A stretch of 64,000 nt of DNA from Firmicutes bacterium HGW-Firmicutes-9 (GCA_002841395.1 PGZM01000002.1:68201-132200), one strand, 5' to 3'. Counted from the stretch's first letter, positions 36,826 through 46,536 are shown. Numbers and translations: made by a program. The notes: a model not told the origin generated them from the letters alone.

Positions 36826-37839
36826 TCAGTATTCGTCCGCGCAGTAGCAGACGGCATCGGAGAACACATCCCGAAATGGCAGATACCCGCACAAAAACTG
36901 CATCAGCCGTCCTGCGGAAAGCGTGTCCGTCGCGGGTTCACTCGTCGCCTTGCCCGCGCCGTCGAACGTGCCGTTGTTCCACGGCATCATGCCGTCGATC
37001 ACCTGTAGCCGGAACGCATCAGAATTTCCGCAAAACGCGCGCAGCAGCCGGGGGACATCCACGGGAATCATCACACCCCAGGGTTGCAGATTGCCGGTCA
37101 CTGGAACATCGGGCGGAAGCTTGACGACGCTGCCCTTGGGCAGTCGCGCGATCATCTCCTGATACGCAACGGTGGATACAGCAAGCGCTTCTTCGCAATA
37201 GAGCGAGCCATCGTCCTCTTCGGACGCAAAGAGATATCCGTCCGCTACGCCGCCTGTCTGGTGCAGCAAAAATCGTGTGCCGTCACAGGTCAGGTCGTTT
37301 ACGCGCTTCTCCATATCGGAAAGCGACCGAACGACGCAGCCACTGTACCGCGCGGTTGATTGCTCATAGATGCGCAACAGTGTTTTCGCGTCACAAAGTG
37401 TATCCCACACAACAGGCGTTTCCGGATCGGCTTCACACGTGTGAAACAGCGCGTCGTAACAGGGAAACTCACCCACCGCGCGATAGATCGAAAAATGCGA
37501 GGGTTTGTGGAACGCAAGCGGGATGTTGCGCCGTTTGCATTCTTCAAACAGCTCAAATAGCACGCGCTTCATGATGCCGCGTCCTTCATATCCCGGCAGC
37601 GTCGCTACGCCGGAGATCATCATCGCGGACAGCGTGATACCGCGCACGCGCAGCTCCATCACAGTTCCGTGCAGGATGCTGACGATTCGTCCGTCTTCCT
37701 CCGCGCAAAACGATGTTTCGGGCGCATACCTTTCGGTAAAAAACCAGTCCATAAAGGAAAGGGAGTCGTGAAAACGCAACTCCCAAATTTCCCTTGCCTG
37801 CTGTTTGTCCGCTGCGGTGAGCGGCCGAATCGTAAGCAT
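36826..37839 (-). CDS. GNAT N-acetyltransferase, Eis-like (GNAT + SCP2-like C-terminus)
   Basis: 337 aa. GVATLPGYEGRGIMKRVL acetyl-CoA loop. The size and layout resemble Eis-type enzymes. Confidence 0.7.
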   Translation of the reverse strand: MLTIRPLTAADKQQAREIWELRFHDSLSFMDWFFTERYAPETSFCAEEDGRIVSILHGTVMELRVRGITLSAMMISGVATLPGYEGRGIMKRVLFELFEECKRRNIPLAFHKPSHFSIYRAVGEFPCYDALFHTCEADPETPVVWDTLCDAKTLLRIYEQSTARYSGCVVRSLSDMEKRVNDLTCDGTRFLLHQTGGVADGYLFASEEDDGSLYCEEALAVSTVAYQEMIARLPKGSVVKLPPDVPVTGNLQPWGVMIPVDVPRLLRAFCGNSDAFRLQVIDGMMPWNNGTFDGAGKATSEPATDTLSAGRLMQFLCGYLPFRDVFSDAVCYCADEY

Positions 37840-37844
37840 TCTAT

Positions 37845-39275
37845 TTAAATGATGAACTTCTCGTTCTTTTCGGGGATGGCGGCGAGCTCTGCGCGCTTTT
37901 CGTCATAACCCTGTTTGCCGAGCAGCGCATAGGTCGCCTTTTTGCCTTCTTCCACGCCGGGCTGGTCAAACGCGTTGATGTTGAGCAGCTCGCCCGCAAA
38001 CGCGGTCGCCATCTCAAACAGGAACAGCAGCTGACCTACCGTAAATGCGTTGACTTCCGGCATCACGATGGTGTGGTTGAGGTGTCCACTCTTGCTGACG
38101 GCGTATTCCGTCGCCTTAAGCTCGGCTGCGATCAGTTCGTTCTGCGTGTGTCCGCAGAGGAAGGAGACGTCCGGCACATCGAAATAACCGTCGCTGATCA
38201 TGGTCTCGCAGCGATACTTGTCGACCGCAAGGAAGGTCAGCACCTTGTCAAACGGGCCTTCGGTGTAGAGTTGCACCTGAGAGTGCTGATCCGTCACGCC
38301 GAGGCTCTTGACCGGGGTCTGTCCCGCGTTGACGGTGTTGCCGTCCCAATCGGTTTTCTTGCCGAGTGATTCCGCCCAAAGCTGCGCGTACCAGTCCGCC
38401 ATATAGCGGAGGCTGTCCGCGTACGGCATCATAACGCTGATGTTGCAGCCGCGCTTCATGCTGGCAACCTGCAGGGTGGCGAGCATGTAGGCCGGGTTTT
38501 TCCAAACGTCGCGCTGGCTGTCGCAGACCGCGTCCATGAAAGCGGCGCCCGCGAGCAGCTCACGGATATCGATGCCGCATACGGCTGCCGCAAGCAGGCC
38601 GACGGGGCAGAGCTCCGAAAAACGTCCGCCGACGCCTTCGGGGATGAAGTACGTCTTGAGGTTTTCGGCTTTGGCGATCTTGATCAGGTTGCCCTTGCTC
38701 TCGTCGGTGGTCGCGATTAGGTGTGTGCTGATGTCCGCGCCGAGCTTCTCGTGCAGTAGCGACGCGATGATTAACAGCTGGCTCATGGTCTCGGACGTGC
38801 CGCCGGATTTGCTGACGACGTTGAAACAAGTCTTTTCGATATCCACGACGTCCAGCAGCGCCGCCATGCGTTCCGGGTCGATGTTGTCTTCGACAAAGAG
38901 GCGCGGGCCGTTGCGCTTTTCGCGCGGCAGATCGTTATAGTGCAGGTGGTTGAGCGCCTGCTGCACCGCGATAGGGCCCAGCGCGCTGCCGCCGATGCCG
39001 AGCACGACAAAGTCGTCAAACTGTTCGCGGATCTTTGCCGCGTCGTCCAGGATCGATTTGACGATCTCGTCCTGATTATAGGGCAGCTCACGCCAGCGCA
39101 TGATCGGGCGCTTGGCGCGCATGCTCGCGACCGCCGCGTCCAGCTGCGTCTGCATGCCTTCCAGCTCGCGCCTGTAGATGCCGCGGTTGCCCAGCTGATC
39201 GGACATCATGTTGTTGAAGTCCAGCTTGACGCGCATGGATTGACGCCAGGACTCGTCCAAATACCGTTCGTTCAT
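37845..39275 (-). CDS. pgi: Glucose-6-phosphate isomerase
   Basis: 476 aa: GIGGSALGP, SKSGGTSET, and a conserved C-terminus. Confidence 0.95.
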   Translation of the reverse strand: MNERYLDESWRQSMRVKLDFNNMMSDQLGNRGIYRRELEGMQTQLDAAVASMRAKRPIMRWRELPYNQDEIVKSILDDAAKIREQFDDFVVLGIGGSALGPIAVQQALNHLHYNDLPREKRNGPRLFVEDNIDPERMAALLDVVDIEKTCFNVVSKSGGTSETMSQLLIIASLLHEKLGADISTHLIATTDESKGNLIKIAKAENLKTYFIPEGVGGRFSELCPVGLLAAAVCGIDIRELLAGAAFMDAVCDSQRDVWKNPAYMLATLQVASMKRGCNISVMMPYADSLRYMADWYAQLWAESLGKKTDWDGNTVNAGQTPVKSLGVTDQHSQVQLYTEGPFDKVLTFLAVDKYRCETMISDGYFDVPDVSFLCGHTQNELIAAELKATEYAVSKSGHLNHTIVMPEVNAFTVGQLLFLFEMATAFAGELLNINAFDQPGVEEGKKATYALLGKQGYDEKRAELAAIPEKNEKFII

Positions 39276-39386
39276 CGTTGTTTCCTCCCGTTGGTTCAGG
39301 TGATGTTATGTAAATCTGTTGCTTTCTTACCAATTTATATCCAACGTATCTTATCATAGATACGCACGCAGGAAAAGCGGATTATT

Positions 39387-40217
39387 TCAGCGCAAACCGT
39401 TGCCGTAGCACGAGCGGGAAACGATGCTTTTTACGCGCTCCAAACTCTCATACAGCACCGGTATCTTTGTGTACATGTCGCTGTATACCTCGATGAAGGC
39501 AGGCCCCGCGTAACCCTTTTCTCCTAAGAGATTGAACATCGAGACAAAGTCGTATTCGCCAAACCCCGGCATGTCGTAGTGTACTCCGCCGGATGCGAGT
39601 GGGGTCGCGTCGCAAAGATGCACGTTGACGATGTGCTCGCCGATTGCATGGATATAGTCCATCGGGTCGTGTCCGCTGCGCACCGCCTGCTTGACGTCGA
39701 GCGTGTGTTTGATCGCGCCGTCGGTCATCGCCTGCAGGCGCATGCCGAACTCCGGCTCATTGAATACGCACCAGCTGACGTTTTCCAGCGTGAGCTGGAT
39801 GCCAAATCGTGCCGCGCGCTCGGCGAGGTCGATAAAGATCGGCGCAATGCGCGCGAGCTCGATGTTTTTCACGCCGCCGAACAGCCGCGCGGGACCGTGC
39901 ATGACGTAGCATTGCGCGCCGAGTCGTTTTCCCGCGGAAAGCACGCGCTCAAAGAGAAATACGGCGTCCTCACGCTGGCGCGGGTGGATCGAAAACAACT
40001 GCGGCTCAAACTGCATGCTCATCGGGTGAATGCTGAATACGCGCAGATTCGCTTTTGCAAGTCGTTCCGCAAGCAGCTCGACAAATGCCGGTTCATACTC
40101 CGAATACGTGTTGAGAAACACCTCGCAAAGCTGCACGCCATGCGCGCCAATGTCCGGAATTGCGTCCTCAATCTGCATTTTTTGAAAATAACTCGCTGTC
40201 GAAAGCCCGATGTCCAT
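39387..40217 (-). CDS. Sugar phosphate isomerase/epimerase (xylose-isomerase-like TIM barrel)
   Basis: ORF trimmed to the ATG at 40217 (MDIGLSTASYF), 9 nt after GAGG. TIM-barrel pattern with LENV...H...D...E metal ligands. Confidence 0.8.
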   Translation of the reverse strand: MDIGLSTASYFQKMQIEDAIPDIGAHGVQLCEVFLNTYSEYEPAFVELLAERLAKANLRVFSIHPMSMQFEPQLFSIHPRQREDAVFLFERVLSAGKRLGAQCYVMHGPARLFGGVKNIELARIAPIFIDLAERAARFGIQLTLENVSWCVFNEPEFGMRLQAMTDGAIKHTLDVKQAVRSGHDPMDYIHAIGEHIVNVHLCDATPLASGGVHYDMPGFGEYDFVSMFNLLGEKGYAGPAFIEVYSDMYTKIPVLYESLERVKSIVSRSCYGNGLR

Positions 40218-40317
40218 TTGCATTAACCTCAAAGCGTATTGTACCATGCAAAGCGGCTTTATGCCAGAAAAAGAGATCGTTTTGCGCATGATTGCGGTAG
40301 ATTGCGCCACTTTCTAA

Positions 40318-40326
40318 TGGTATAAT
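40318..40326 (+). promoter_or_regulatory. Extended -10 promoter (TGgTATAAT) placed for a leaderless transcript
   Basis: TATAAT is at 40321-40326 and the ATG of the next gene is at 40333, so only 6 nt lie between them. There is no SD sequence. Confidence 0.4.
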
Positions 40327-40332
40327 CGCTCC

Positions 40333-41466
40333 ATGACGCATCAGAGTAATTTGGAAAAACCGAAGTATACGATAGCCGTGATCATTGCGCGGTTTTTGTC
40401 TGCCGCAGCGCTGATCTTTCTCGGATTGAGCTGGCCGCGGCTGCTCGCGGGGAAGAGCGCTTGGGTCGAGCGAGTCTATAGCGAAGGGATTTATCCGCTC
40501 ATCCGCCGTGTGATCTCGGCGCTAACTCGGCTTGTGCCATTTTCCATTGCGGAGTTTTTGCTTTACGCGATCGTGATTTCGATTGCGCTCGTGCTCGTCA
40601 CACGGCTGATCCAGCTCTTTCTAACGCAAAACGGCTTTGCGCGGTTGATGCGTTCCGTCGCATCCATACTGCTCGCGGGCGGAATCGTGCTCAATCTTTT
40701 TTACCTCACGTGGGGCTTCAACTATTTCCGCGAACCGTTGGCGCAGCGCATGGAGCTCTCGGTCACCTCGCGCTCGGTCGACGAGCTGGAAGCGTTTGTG
40801 CGAAAGACGGCGGATGAAGCGCGCGCATTACGTGAGATGCTGCATGAGGATGAAAACGGCGTGTTCGCGCCGCAAGAAAGCACGGGATCGCTGTTTCTGG
40901 CGCTGTCGGATGCGTATGGCTCACTGCATGAGGAGATTCCCGTAATCCCGCCCGACCCGACGAGAGCCAAACAAATTTTCTGGTCGGAGGGACTTTCGTG
41001 GCAGGGGATTTCGGGCATCTACATCGGTCTTACAGCGGAGCCGAATGTCAACGTAGACCAACCGCCGCTGCTTCTGTTTCAGGCTGCCGCGCACGAAATG
41101 GCGCACCAAACAGGCATCGCGAGCGAGAACGAAGCGGAGTTGGTAGGCTTCCTTGCGTGCCTGCGTTCGAGCGACCCGAATATCCGCTACAGCGGGCTTG
41201 CATATGCGCTGGTCGTTGCAGGGAACGCGCTGTTTGATGCGGACAGCGCGCGGTATCTTGCGGTGACCGACACCTACGGAGACGCGATTTGGCGCGATTT
41301 TTCGGCATACAGCGTATATTGGAAGTCGTTTTCCGGCGAAATCCGCGAGAATGCAGATCGGCGTAACGACGCGTATCTGAAACATAACTCACAGCCAAGC
41401 GGCATCAAAAGCTACGGTGAGGCGGTCGATCTGCTGCTTGCGTATGCCGCAAAATACGGCACTTGA
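40333..41466 (+). CDS. DUF3810-family membrane-anchored protein with HExxH
   Basis: 377 aa. Three N-terminal TM segments and the HEMAHQ motif. Confidence 0.8.
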   Translation: MTHQSNLEKPKYTIAVIIARFLSAAALIFLGLSWPRLLAGKSAWVERVYSEGIYPLIRRVISALTRLVPFSIAEFLLYAIVISIALVLVTRLIQLFLTQNGFARLMRSVASILLAGGIVLNLFYLTWGFNYFREPLAQRMELSVTSRSVDELEAFVRKTADEARALREMLHEDENGVFAPQESTGSLFLALSDAYGSLHEEIPVIPPDPTRAKQIFWSEGLSWQGISGIYIGLTAEPNVNVDQPPLLLFQAAAHEMAHQTGIASENEAELVGFLACLRSSDPNIRYSGLAYALVVAGNALFDADSARYLAVTDTYGDAIWRDFSAYSVYWKSFSGEIRENADRRNDAYLKHNSQPSGIKSYGEAVDLLLAYAAKYGT

Positions 41467-41650
41467 CGGGGAATATATGGTCTTCATTCACAATAGCGGC
41501 GGTATTTTCCTGTGTATCCAAACAAAAAGTTAGAAAGCATAAATATATTTCATATTTTTGGTCGTTTTGGGTTTACAAACCGTGTTTCTTGCTGTATGCT
41601 GATAGGGAATTAGGGCATTTCTATCTATAATTTTTTTAGGAGTGAAATAC

Positions 41651-43123
41651 ATGATCGACCTGACGAAAAACAAAGAAGGCCTTCAGCACAGCATCGACAG
41701 AGCGCGCGAGAAGGGCATCATTATTCCGAAGATCTCCCAGATGCGTAACCCGGATCTGATTCCGGATTCCATCAAAGAGAAGCTGACGAACGTCGGCCTC
41801 TGGGATCTTAACCCGCTCAACCTGTTCCGCATCAGCTGGCGCAATGAACCGAAGGAATTCGGCGGCAAGTTCGGCGACGTCAACTTCATCGAAGTTCCGT
41901 CCGTTCTGACCGGCGTCAAGGCGCGCATCATCATCCTCACCGGCAAATGGTTCCCGACGGGCTGCCACAAGGTTGGCGCATCGTACGGCTGCCTCGTGCC
42001 GCGTCTGGTGACGGGCCAGTTTGACCCCACCTATCACAAGGCCGTTTGGCCGAGCACCGGCAACTATTGCCGCGGCGGCGCGTACAACTCCGCACTACTT
42101 GCTTGCGATTCTATCGCGATTCTCCCCGCCGAGATGAGCAAAGAGCGCTTTGAGTGGCTCAAAACCGTCGCGGGCGAAATCATCGCCACGCCCGGCTGCG
42201 AGAGCAACGTCAAAGAAATCTTTGACAAAACCTGGGAACTGAAAGAGACCCGCAAGGATGTCATGATCTTCAACCAGTTTGAAGAGATGGGCAACTGCGT
42301 CTGGCACTATCAGGTTACCGGTAAGGCCATCGCGGATGCGTTTGAGTCCATCAAGCGCGAAGGCGACCGTTTTGCTGGCGCGGCCTTCACCAGCGGCAGC
42401 GCAGGTACCATGTCCGCCGGCGACTACCTCAAAGAAGTCTATCCCACAAGCAAGCTCGCCGTCGGCGAAGCGCTCCAGTGCCCGACGCTGCTGAACAACG
42501 GCTTTGGCGGTCACCGCATCGAAGGCATCGGCGATAAGCATGTGCCGTGGATTCACAACGTGAAGAACACCGACATGGTCATCGACATCGACGACGAAGA
42601 CAGCCAGAAGCTGCTCCGCCTGTTCAATGATCCGGCCGGCAAGAAGTACCTCGTCGAAGAAGTCGGCGTTCCGGCAGACTTCGTAGAGAAGCTCTCTCTG
42701 CTTGGTATCTCCGGCATCGCGAACATGCTCTGCTGCATCAAGATGGCGAAGTACTACGAGCTGACCGAGCACGACGTGCTCGCAACCGTCGCGACCGACT
42801 CCGGCGTGATGTACGGCAGCCGTATCGAAGAGCTCGCGGAAGCGGACGGTGTTTACACCGAAGTCAAAGCAGCCGCAGACTTTGCGGAGCACCTCCACGG
42901 CATCCGTACGGACGTCATGGAAGAGCTCACCTACGAAGGCCGCAAGCGCGTACACAACCTCAAGTACTACACCTGGGTCGAACAGCAGGGTAAAACCTAC
43001 GAAGAGATCAACGCGCAGTGGTATGATGAGAACTACTGGACCGACATGCATGCGGAAGCATCGCTCATCGACGCGCTCATCGACGAGTTCAACGACGCGA
43101 CCGGTCTTCTCAAGAAGCTGTAA
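41651..43123 (+). CDS. Fold-type II PLP-dependent enzyme (cysteine synthase/Trp synthase-beta superfamily), long 490-aa form, function unknown
   Basis: ORF trimmed to the ATG at 41651, 8 nt after AGGAG. Candidate Schiff-base Lys in TGCHKVGAS, Asn-loop STGNYCRGGA, and a Gly-rich SGSAGTMS loop. Confidence 0.75.
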   Translation: MIDLTKNKEGLQHSIDRAREKGIIIPKISQMRNPDLIPDSIKEKLTNVGLWDLNPLNLFRISWRNEPKEFGGKFGDVNFIEVPSVLTGVKARIIILTGKWFPTGCHKVGASYGCLVPRLVTGQFDPTYHKAVWPSTGNYCRGGAYNSALLACDSIAILPAEMSKERFEWLKTVAGEIIATPGCESNVKEIFDKTWELKETRKDVMIFNQFEEMGNCVWHYQVTGKAIADAFESIKREGDRFAGAAFTSGSAGTMSAGDYLKEVYPTSKLAVGEALQCPTLLNNGFGGHRIEGIGDKHVPWIHNVKNTDMVIDIDDEDSQKLLRLFNDPAGKKYLVEEVGVPADFVEKLSLLGISGIANMLCCIKMAKYYELTEHDVLATVATDSGVMYGSRIEELAEADGVYTEVKAAADFAEHLHGIRTDVMEELTYEGRKRVHNLKYYTWVEQQGKTYEEINAQWYDENYWTDMHAEASLIDALIDEFNDATGLLKKL

Positions 43124-43145
43124 GCAAACCATCAACCATACAAGC

Positions 43146-43177
43146 AAAGCCCCGCCGTCCGGCGGGGCTTTTTTTGC
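43146..43177 (+). terminator. Intrinsic terminator
   Basis: AAAGCCCCGCC-GTCC-GGCGGGGCTTTTTTT. Confidence 0.85.
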
Positions 43178-43218
43178 TCTATTGTTTGCTATGCTTCTTA
43201 CGGAATCTTAAAAGCGGG

Positions 43219-43407
43219 TTATAATCCCCTGATGTAGCAGCCGAGAATCAAGAGCAACCACGCGATTCCGATAAACCAAATGGCATAGGCGGAAACGAAC
43301 GGGATCGAGATAATGGAACCCAATACACCCAAAATTCCGAGTATGAGCGAGATGATGTATGTGATCCTCTTTGGCGCGTTTGTCGCGAATCGTCTTCTTG
43401 CACTCAT
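43219..43407 (-). CDS. Small two-TM hypothetical membrane protein
   Basis: 62 aa from the ATG at 43407 after AGGAGG: MSARRRFATNAPKRITYIISLILGILGVLGSIISIPFVSAYAIWFIGIAWLLLILG. Confidence 0.5.
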   Translation of the reverse strand: MSARRRFATNAPKRITYIISLILGILGVLGSIISIPFVSAYAIWFIGIAWLLLILGCYIRGL

Positions 43408-43540
43408 GAGAAATATCCTCCTGCGCTTTATTCGAACGATTGCTCGCTCACTTCGGAGTATAGACTCGAACACGTTGAATAGCAAGAAGAGTTATTCGCG
43501 CGAGCAACGCGCGCCCTAGAACCGATGCAAGACTGGGCGA

Positions 43541-44056
43541 TTATTCGGCAGACGCAGCCGCAACGGGCACATAGGGCGTCTTGACCACGAGCGAAAACTC
43601 CATGCCCGTCACGTCGATGTCGGTGTTGATCTCGGCGTAGATCGCGTTGGAACCCGTCTCAAGCAGAGTTGTGCCGACGGTATTGTGAATCTTGCCGATG
43701 CCGCAAATCTTCCCATCGCTTGTCGTGTAGACGATGTCTACCTCGCCGTCGAGCGGCAGGGGATATGCGTTGACGCAGATGCCGTCGAGAAAGGTGCCGT
43801 CGTCATATTCATACACCCGAATCGCGCCGAACGAGAGATATTGCCAATAGTGGTTCTCGCCGGAGATCGTGTTGCCGAGTCCGTCCGTGGGCAGCGGCGC
43901 TGCCGTGATCTCCGCGGTAAACGGTTCCGGCAGCGGTGTCGCCGTTGCGGCGGGGGTTGGCGTACCCGCGAGTACGGGCGTTGCGTCCTCGCAGCCTGTC
44001 AGCGCAAGCAGCATCAGCGCGGCTAAGAGGAGGAAGACGGGTAATCTGCGCTTCAT
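43541..44056 (-). CDS. Hypothetical lipoprotein
   Basis: 171 aa. Signal peptide with lipobox LALTGC. The start overlaps the pncB stop (ATGA). Confidence 0.7.
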   Translation of the reverse strand: MKRRLPVFLLLAALMLLALTGCEDATPVLAGTPTPAATATPLPEPFTAEITAAPLPTDGLGNTISGENHYWQYLSFGAIRVYEYDDGTFLDGICVNAYPLPLDGEVDIVYTTSDGKICGIGKIHNTVGTTLLETGSNAIYAEINTDIDVTGMEFSLVVKTPYVPVAAASAE

Positions 44057-45486
44057 GCGTGGTCTCCGACCGCGTCACGCAGCAGCGATTGCTTGAGATC
44101 GTACAGGCGGTCCGAAAGGTCGACCTTGTACGTGTGCGGCATCAAGAGACGCTTGTATTCATCCCACATAGACGCCATCTCGCGCTTTGCGTAGGACGCG
44201 ATATCGTGAATATCCGGGCAGGTATAAACCTGCTTGCCCGCGATGAAGATCGGCTGCAGCAGCTCGCGTGCGGTGAAGTTTGTCAGCGTCATGCGCTTGT
44301 AGGTTTGAATCGGGTCAAAGATGCGCAGGGGCTTGCTGCTGTCGATGGTCTCGTCCTCAAGCGCAATGAGATCGGCCACCGCCATGCCGTCCTTGTCGTA
44401 CAGGCGGAAGACCTTCTTATAACCGGGGTTTGTTACCTTTGCGGGATTGTCAGAAATCTTGATCTTGGGTACGAGTTCGCCGTTTACGATCTCGCCGCTC
44501 ATCTTATAAACGCCGCCAAGCGCGGGATTATTCTCGCTTGTGATCAGCCGTGTGCCGACGCCCCAAACGTTGATGCGCGCACCCTGCGTCTTGAGATCGC
44601 GGATCACATATTCGTCCAGATCGCTACTCGCGGCGATGATTGCATTCGGGAAGCCCGCTTCGTCGATCATCACGCGCGCCTTCTTACTCAGATACGCTAG
44701 GTCGCCGCTGTCGAGGCGGATGCCGACCGGCTCGTGTCCGCTTGCACGCAGTTCTTTGAACACCGTGATGGCGTTTGGCACGCCGCTGCGGAGCGTATCA
44801 TAGGTATCGACCAGCAGTAGGCAGCTATCCGGGAAAGTGCGCGCATAGGCGCGAAACGCCGTGAGCTCGTCCTGAAAACTCTGCACCCAGCTATGCGCGT
44901 GCGTACCGGAGACGGTGATGCCAAACATCTGTCCCGTGAGCACGTTGCTGGTCGCGTTGCAGCCGCCGATGATGGCGGCTCTCGCACCGTAGATTGCTGC
45001 GTCCGCGCCCTGCGCGCGGCGAAGACCGAACTCCAGCACGCTGTCTCCCTGCGCGGAATAGCAGATCTGGCTCGCCTTGGTGGCAATCAGCGTCTGATGG
45101 TTGACGAAGGTGAGAATCGCGGTCTCGATCAGTTGTGCTTCCATAATCGGCGCGCGGACGCGCACGAGCGGCTCATAGGGGAAGACGACCGTGCCTTCCG
45201 GCATGGCGTAAAGATCGCCGGTAAAGCGGAACGTCTTGAGATATTCTAAGAACGTCTCGTCAAAGAGCTTAAGAGAGCGCAGATACGCAATGTCCTCTTC
45301 GGCAAAGTGAATGTTGTTGATGTATTCGACGACGCTCTCCGTGCCCGCCATAACGGCGTAGACGACGTCCTCTTTGGGACGGAAGAACAGGTCGAAGATG
45401 CCTTCGTTCTTTTGCATGCCTTCCTTAAAGTAGCCATACATCATGGTGAGCTGGTACAGATCGGTCAGCATGGTGAGATTTCGCAT
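44053..45486 (-). CDS. pncB: Nicotinate phosphoribosyltransferase
   Basis: ORF trimmed to the ATG at 45486 after AGGAGG. MRNLTMLTDLYQLTMMYGYF is the typical N-terminus. About 477 aa. Confidence 0.93.
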   Translation of the reverse strand: MRNLTMLTDLYQLTMMYGYFKEGMQKNEGIFDLFFRPKEDVVYAVMAGTESVVEYINNIHFAEEDIAYLRSLKLFDETFLEYLKTFRFTGDLYAMPEGTVVFPYEPLVRVRAPIMEAQLIETAILTFVNHQTLIATKASQICYSAQGDSVLEFGLRRAQGADAAIYGARAAIIGGCNATSNVLTGQMFGITVSGTHAHSWVQSFQDELTAFRAYARTFPDSCLLLVDTYDTLRSGVPNAITVFKELRASGHEPVGIRLDSGDLAYLSKKARVMIDEAGFPNAIIAASSDLDEYVIRDLKTQGARINVWGVGTRLITSENNPALGGVYKMSGEIVNGELVPKIKISDNPAKVTNPGYKKVFRLYDKDGMAVADLIALEDETIDSSKPLRIFDPIQTYKRMTLTNFTARELLQPIFIAGKQVYTCPDIHDIASYAKREMASMWDEYKRLLMPHTYKVDLSDRLYDLKQSLLRDAVGDHA

Positions 45487-45728
45487 GGGAGAAATCCTCC
45501 TTCGAGTCGTCGGCGCGGCTGTTTGTTGATCGCGAGGACAGCCACAACCGATTTTCTCTATTATAGCGCGATTGCGGTTAAGAAAAAAGAACGCAGTGCT
45601 TTGTTTTTTGAAAGAACTGTGTCGCGGGTGAAAATAAGATTTTCCGCATAACGATTGGGTTTCTGCGCGGTGACGAAAACGGGTGTAAAAACAATCAAAA
45701 ATGAGCTTAAAAATTTGATCAAAACCAA

Positions 45729-45757
45729 TTGACAACGACCCTTCCTGCGGCTATACT
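45729..45757 (+). promoter_or_regulatory. Promoter of tRNA-Leu
   Basis: TTGACA-17 nt-TATACT, ending 10 nt before the mature tRNA 5' end. Confidence 0.7.
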
Positions 45758-45767
45758 TACATGGTGC

Positions 45768-45850
45768 GCGGCAGTGCTGGAATTGGCAGACAGGCACGTT
45801 TGAGGGGCGTGTGCGCGAGCGTATGGGTTCAAGTCCCATCTGCCGCACCA
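45768..45850 (+). tRNA. tRNA-Leu (anticodon GAG), class II with long variable arm, CCA encoded
   Basis: Folded by hand. Acceptor GCGGCAG/CTGCCGC, D-arm CTG-GAATTGGCAGA-CAG, anticodon stem CACGT/GCGTG with loop TTGAGGG, variable arm TGCGCGAGCGTA, T-arm ATGGG-TTCAAGT-CCCAT, then A-CCA. Confidence 0.9.
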
Positions 45851-46480
45851 AGCGCGGTTCACGGCGATCAGTCCAACAAAGAAGATCAGGTCATCGAGGT
45901 GCTGGCGCAGGAGGCGACGAAACGAGGCTATCGGGTGTTGAGCTTCGATTTACCGGAGCACGGAGATCGCAAACAGGAAGCAACGCCTTGCCACGTGAAA
46001 GTCTGCGTGAAAGAGCTGGCAGACGTGATGGCATATGCGCGCGGGAGATTTTCGCAGGTAAGCCTGCTTGGCTGCAGCATGGGCGCATATTTCAGCCTGC
46101 TTGCGTATAAAGACGAACCGCTTGATCAGACGCTTCTGCTTTCGCCGGTCGTCGACATGAAGCGCATCATCGAAAATCTGATGATGTACGCGCAGGTGAC
46201 ACCGGAGCAGCTGGAACGGGAGAAGGAGATCGCAACGCCGTTTAAGACGCTCTACTGGGATTATTACCAATACGTCGTCGAGCATCCTGTCGTATGGGAC
46301 AAGAAGACAGCATTGCTCTACGGCGCAAAGGATTTTCTATGTGAATATGACTACGTAAAAGGCTTTGCGGAACGTGCCAACGCGGATATGACCGTGTTTG
46401 ACGAAGGCGAGCACTTCTTCCATACGGAGGAGCAAATCACGTTCTATCGCGAGTGGCTGACAAAGCATATTGCAGAGTAA
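45851..46480 (+). pseudogene. Alpha/beta hydrolase, 5'-truncated at the tRNA-Leu 3' end
   Basis: The reading frame encodes HGDQSNKED...LSFDLPEHG...GCSMGAY (nucleophile elbow)...EGEHFF. The only upstream in-frame ATG (45761) lies before the tRNA and reads through it. No plausible start/RBS precedes the HG oxyanion motif. Confidence 0.55.
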
Positions 46481-46492
46481 AACAACCAACCA

Positions 46493-46536
46493 ACAGGAAC
46501 TGAACGGTAGACACCGAACGGTTCCTGTTTCATTCT
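46493..46536 (+). terminator. Terminator-like hairpin
   Basis: ACAGGAAC...GTTCCTGT (8 bp, with an inner CGGT/ACCG pairing), followed by a TTTCATTCT tail. Confidence 0.45.

Noticed and set aside
45761-46480. 239-aa ORF starting at the ATG at 45761, considered as an intact alpha/beta hydrolase gene.
   Set aside because: Its first ~30 codons are the tRNA-Leu gene read as protein (MVRGSAGIGRQARLRG...), which does not resemble a hydrolase N-terminus. I treat it as a truncated gene instead.
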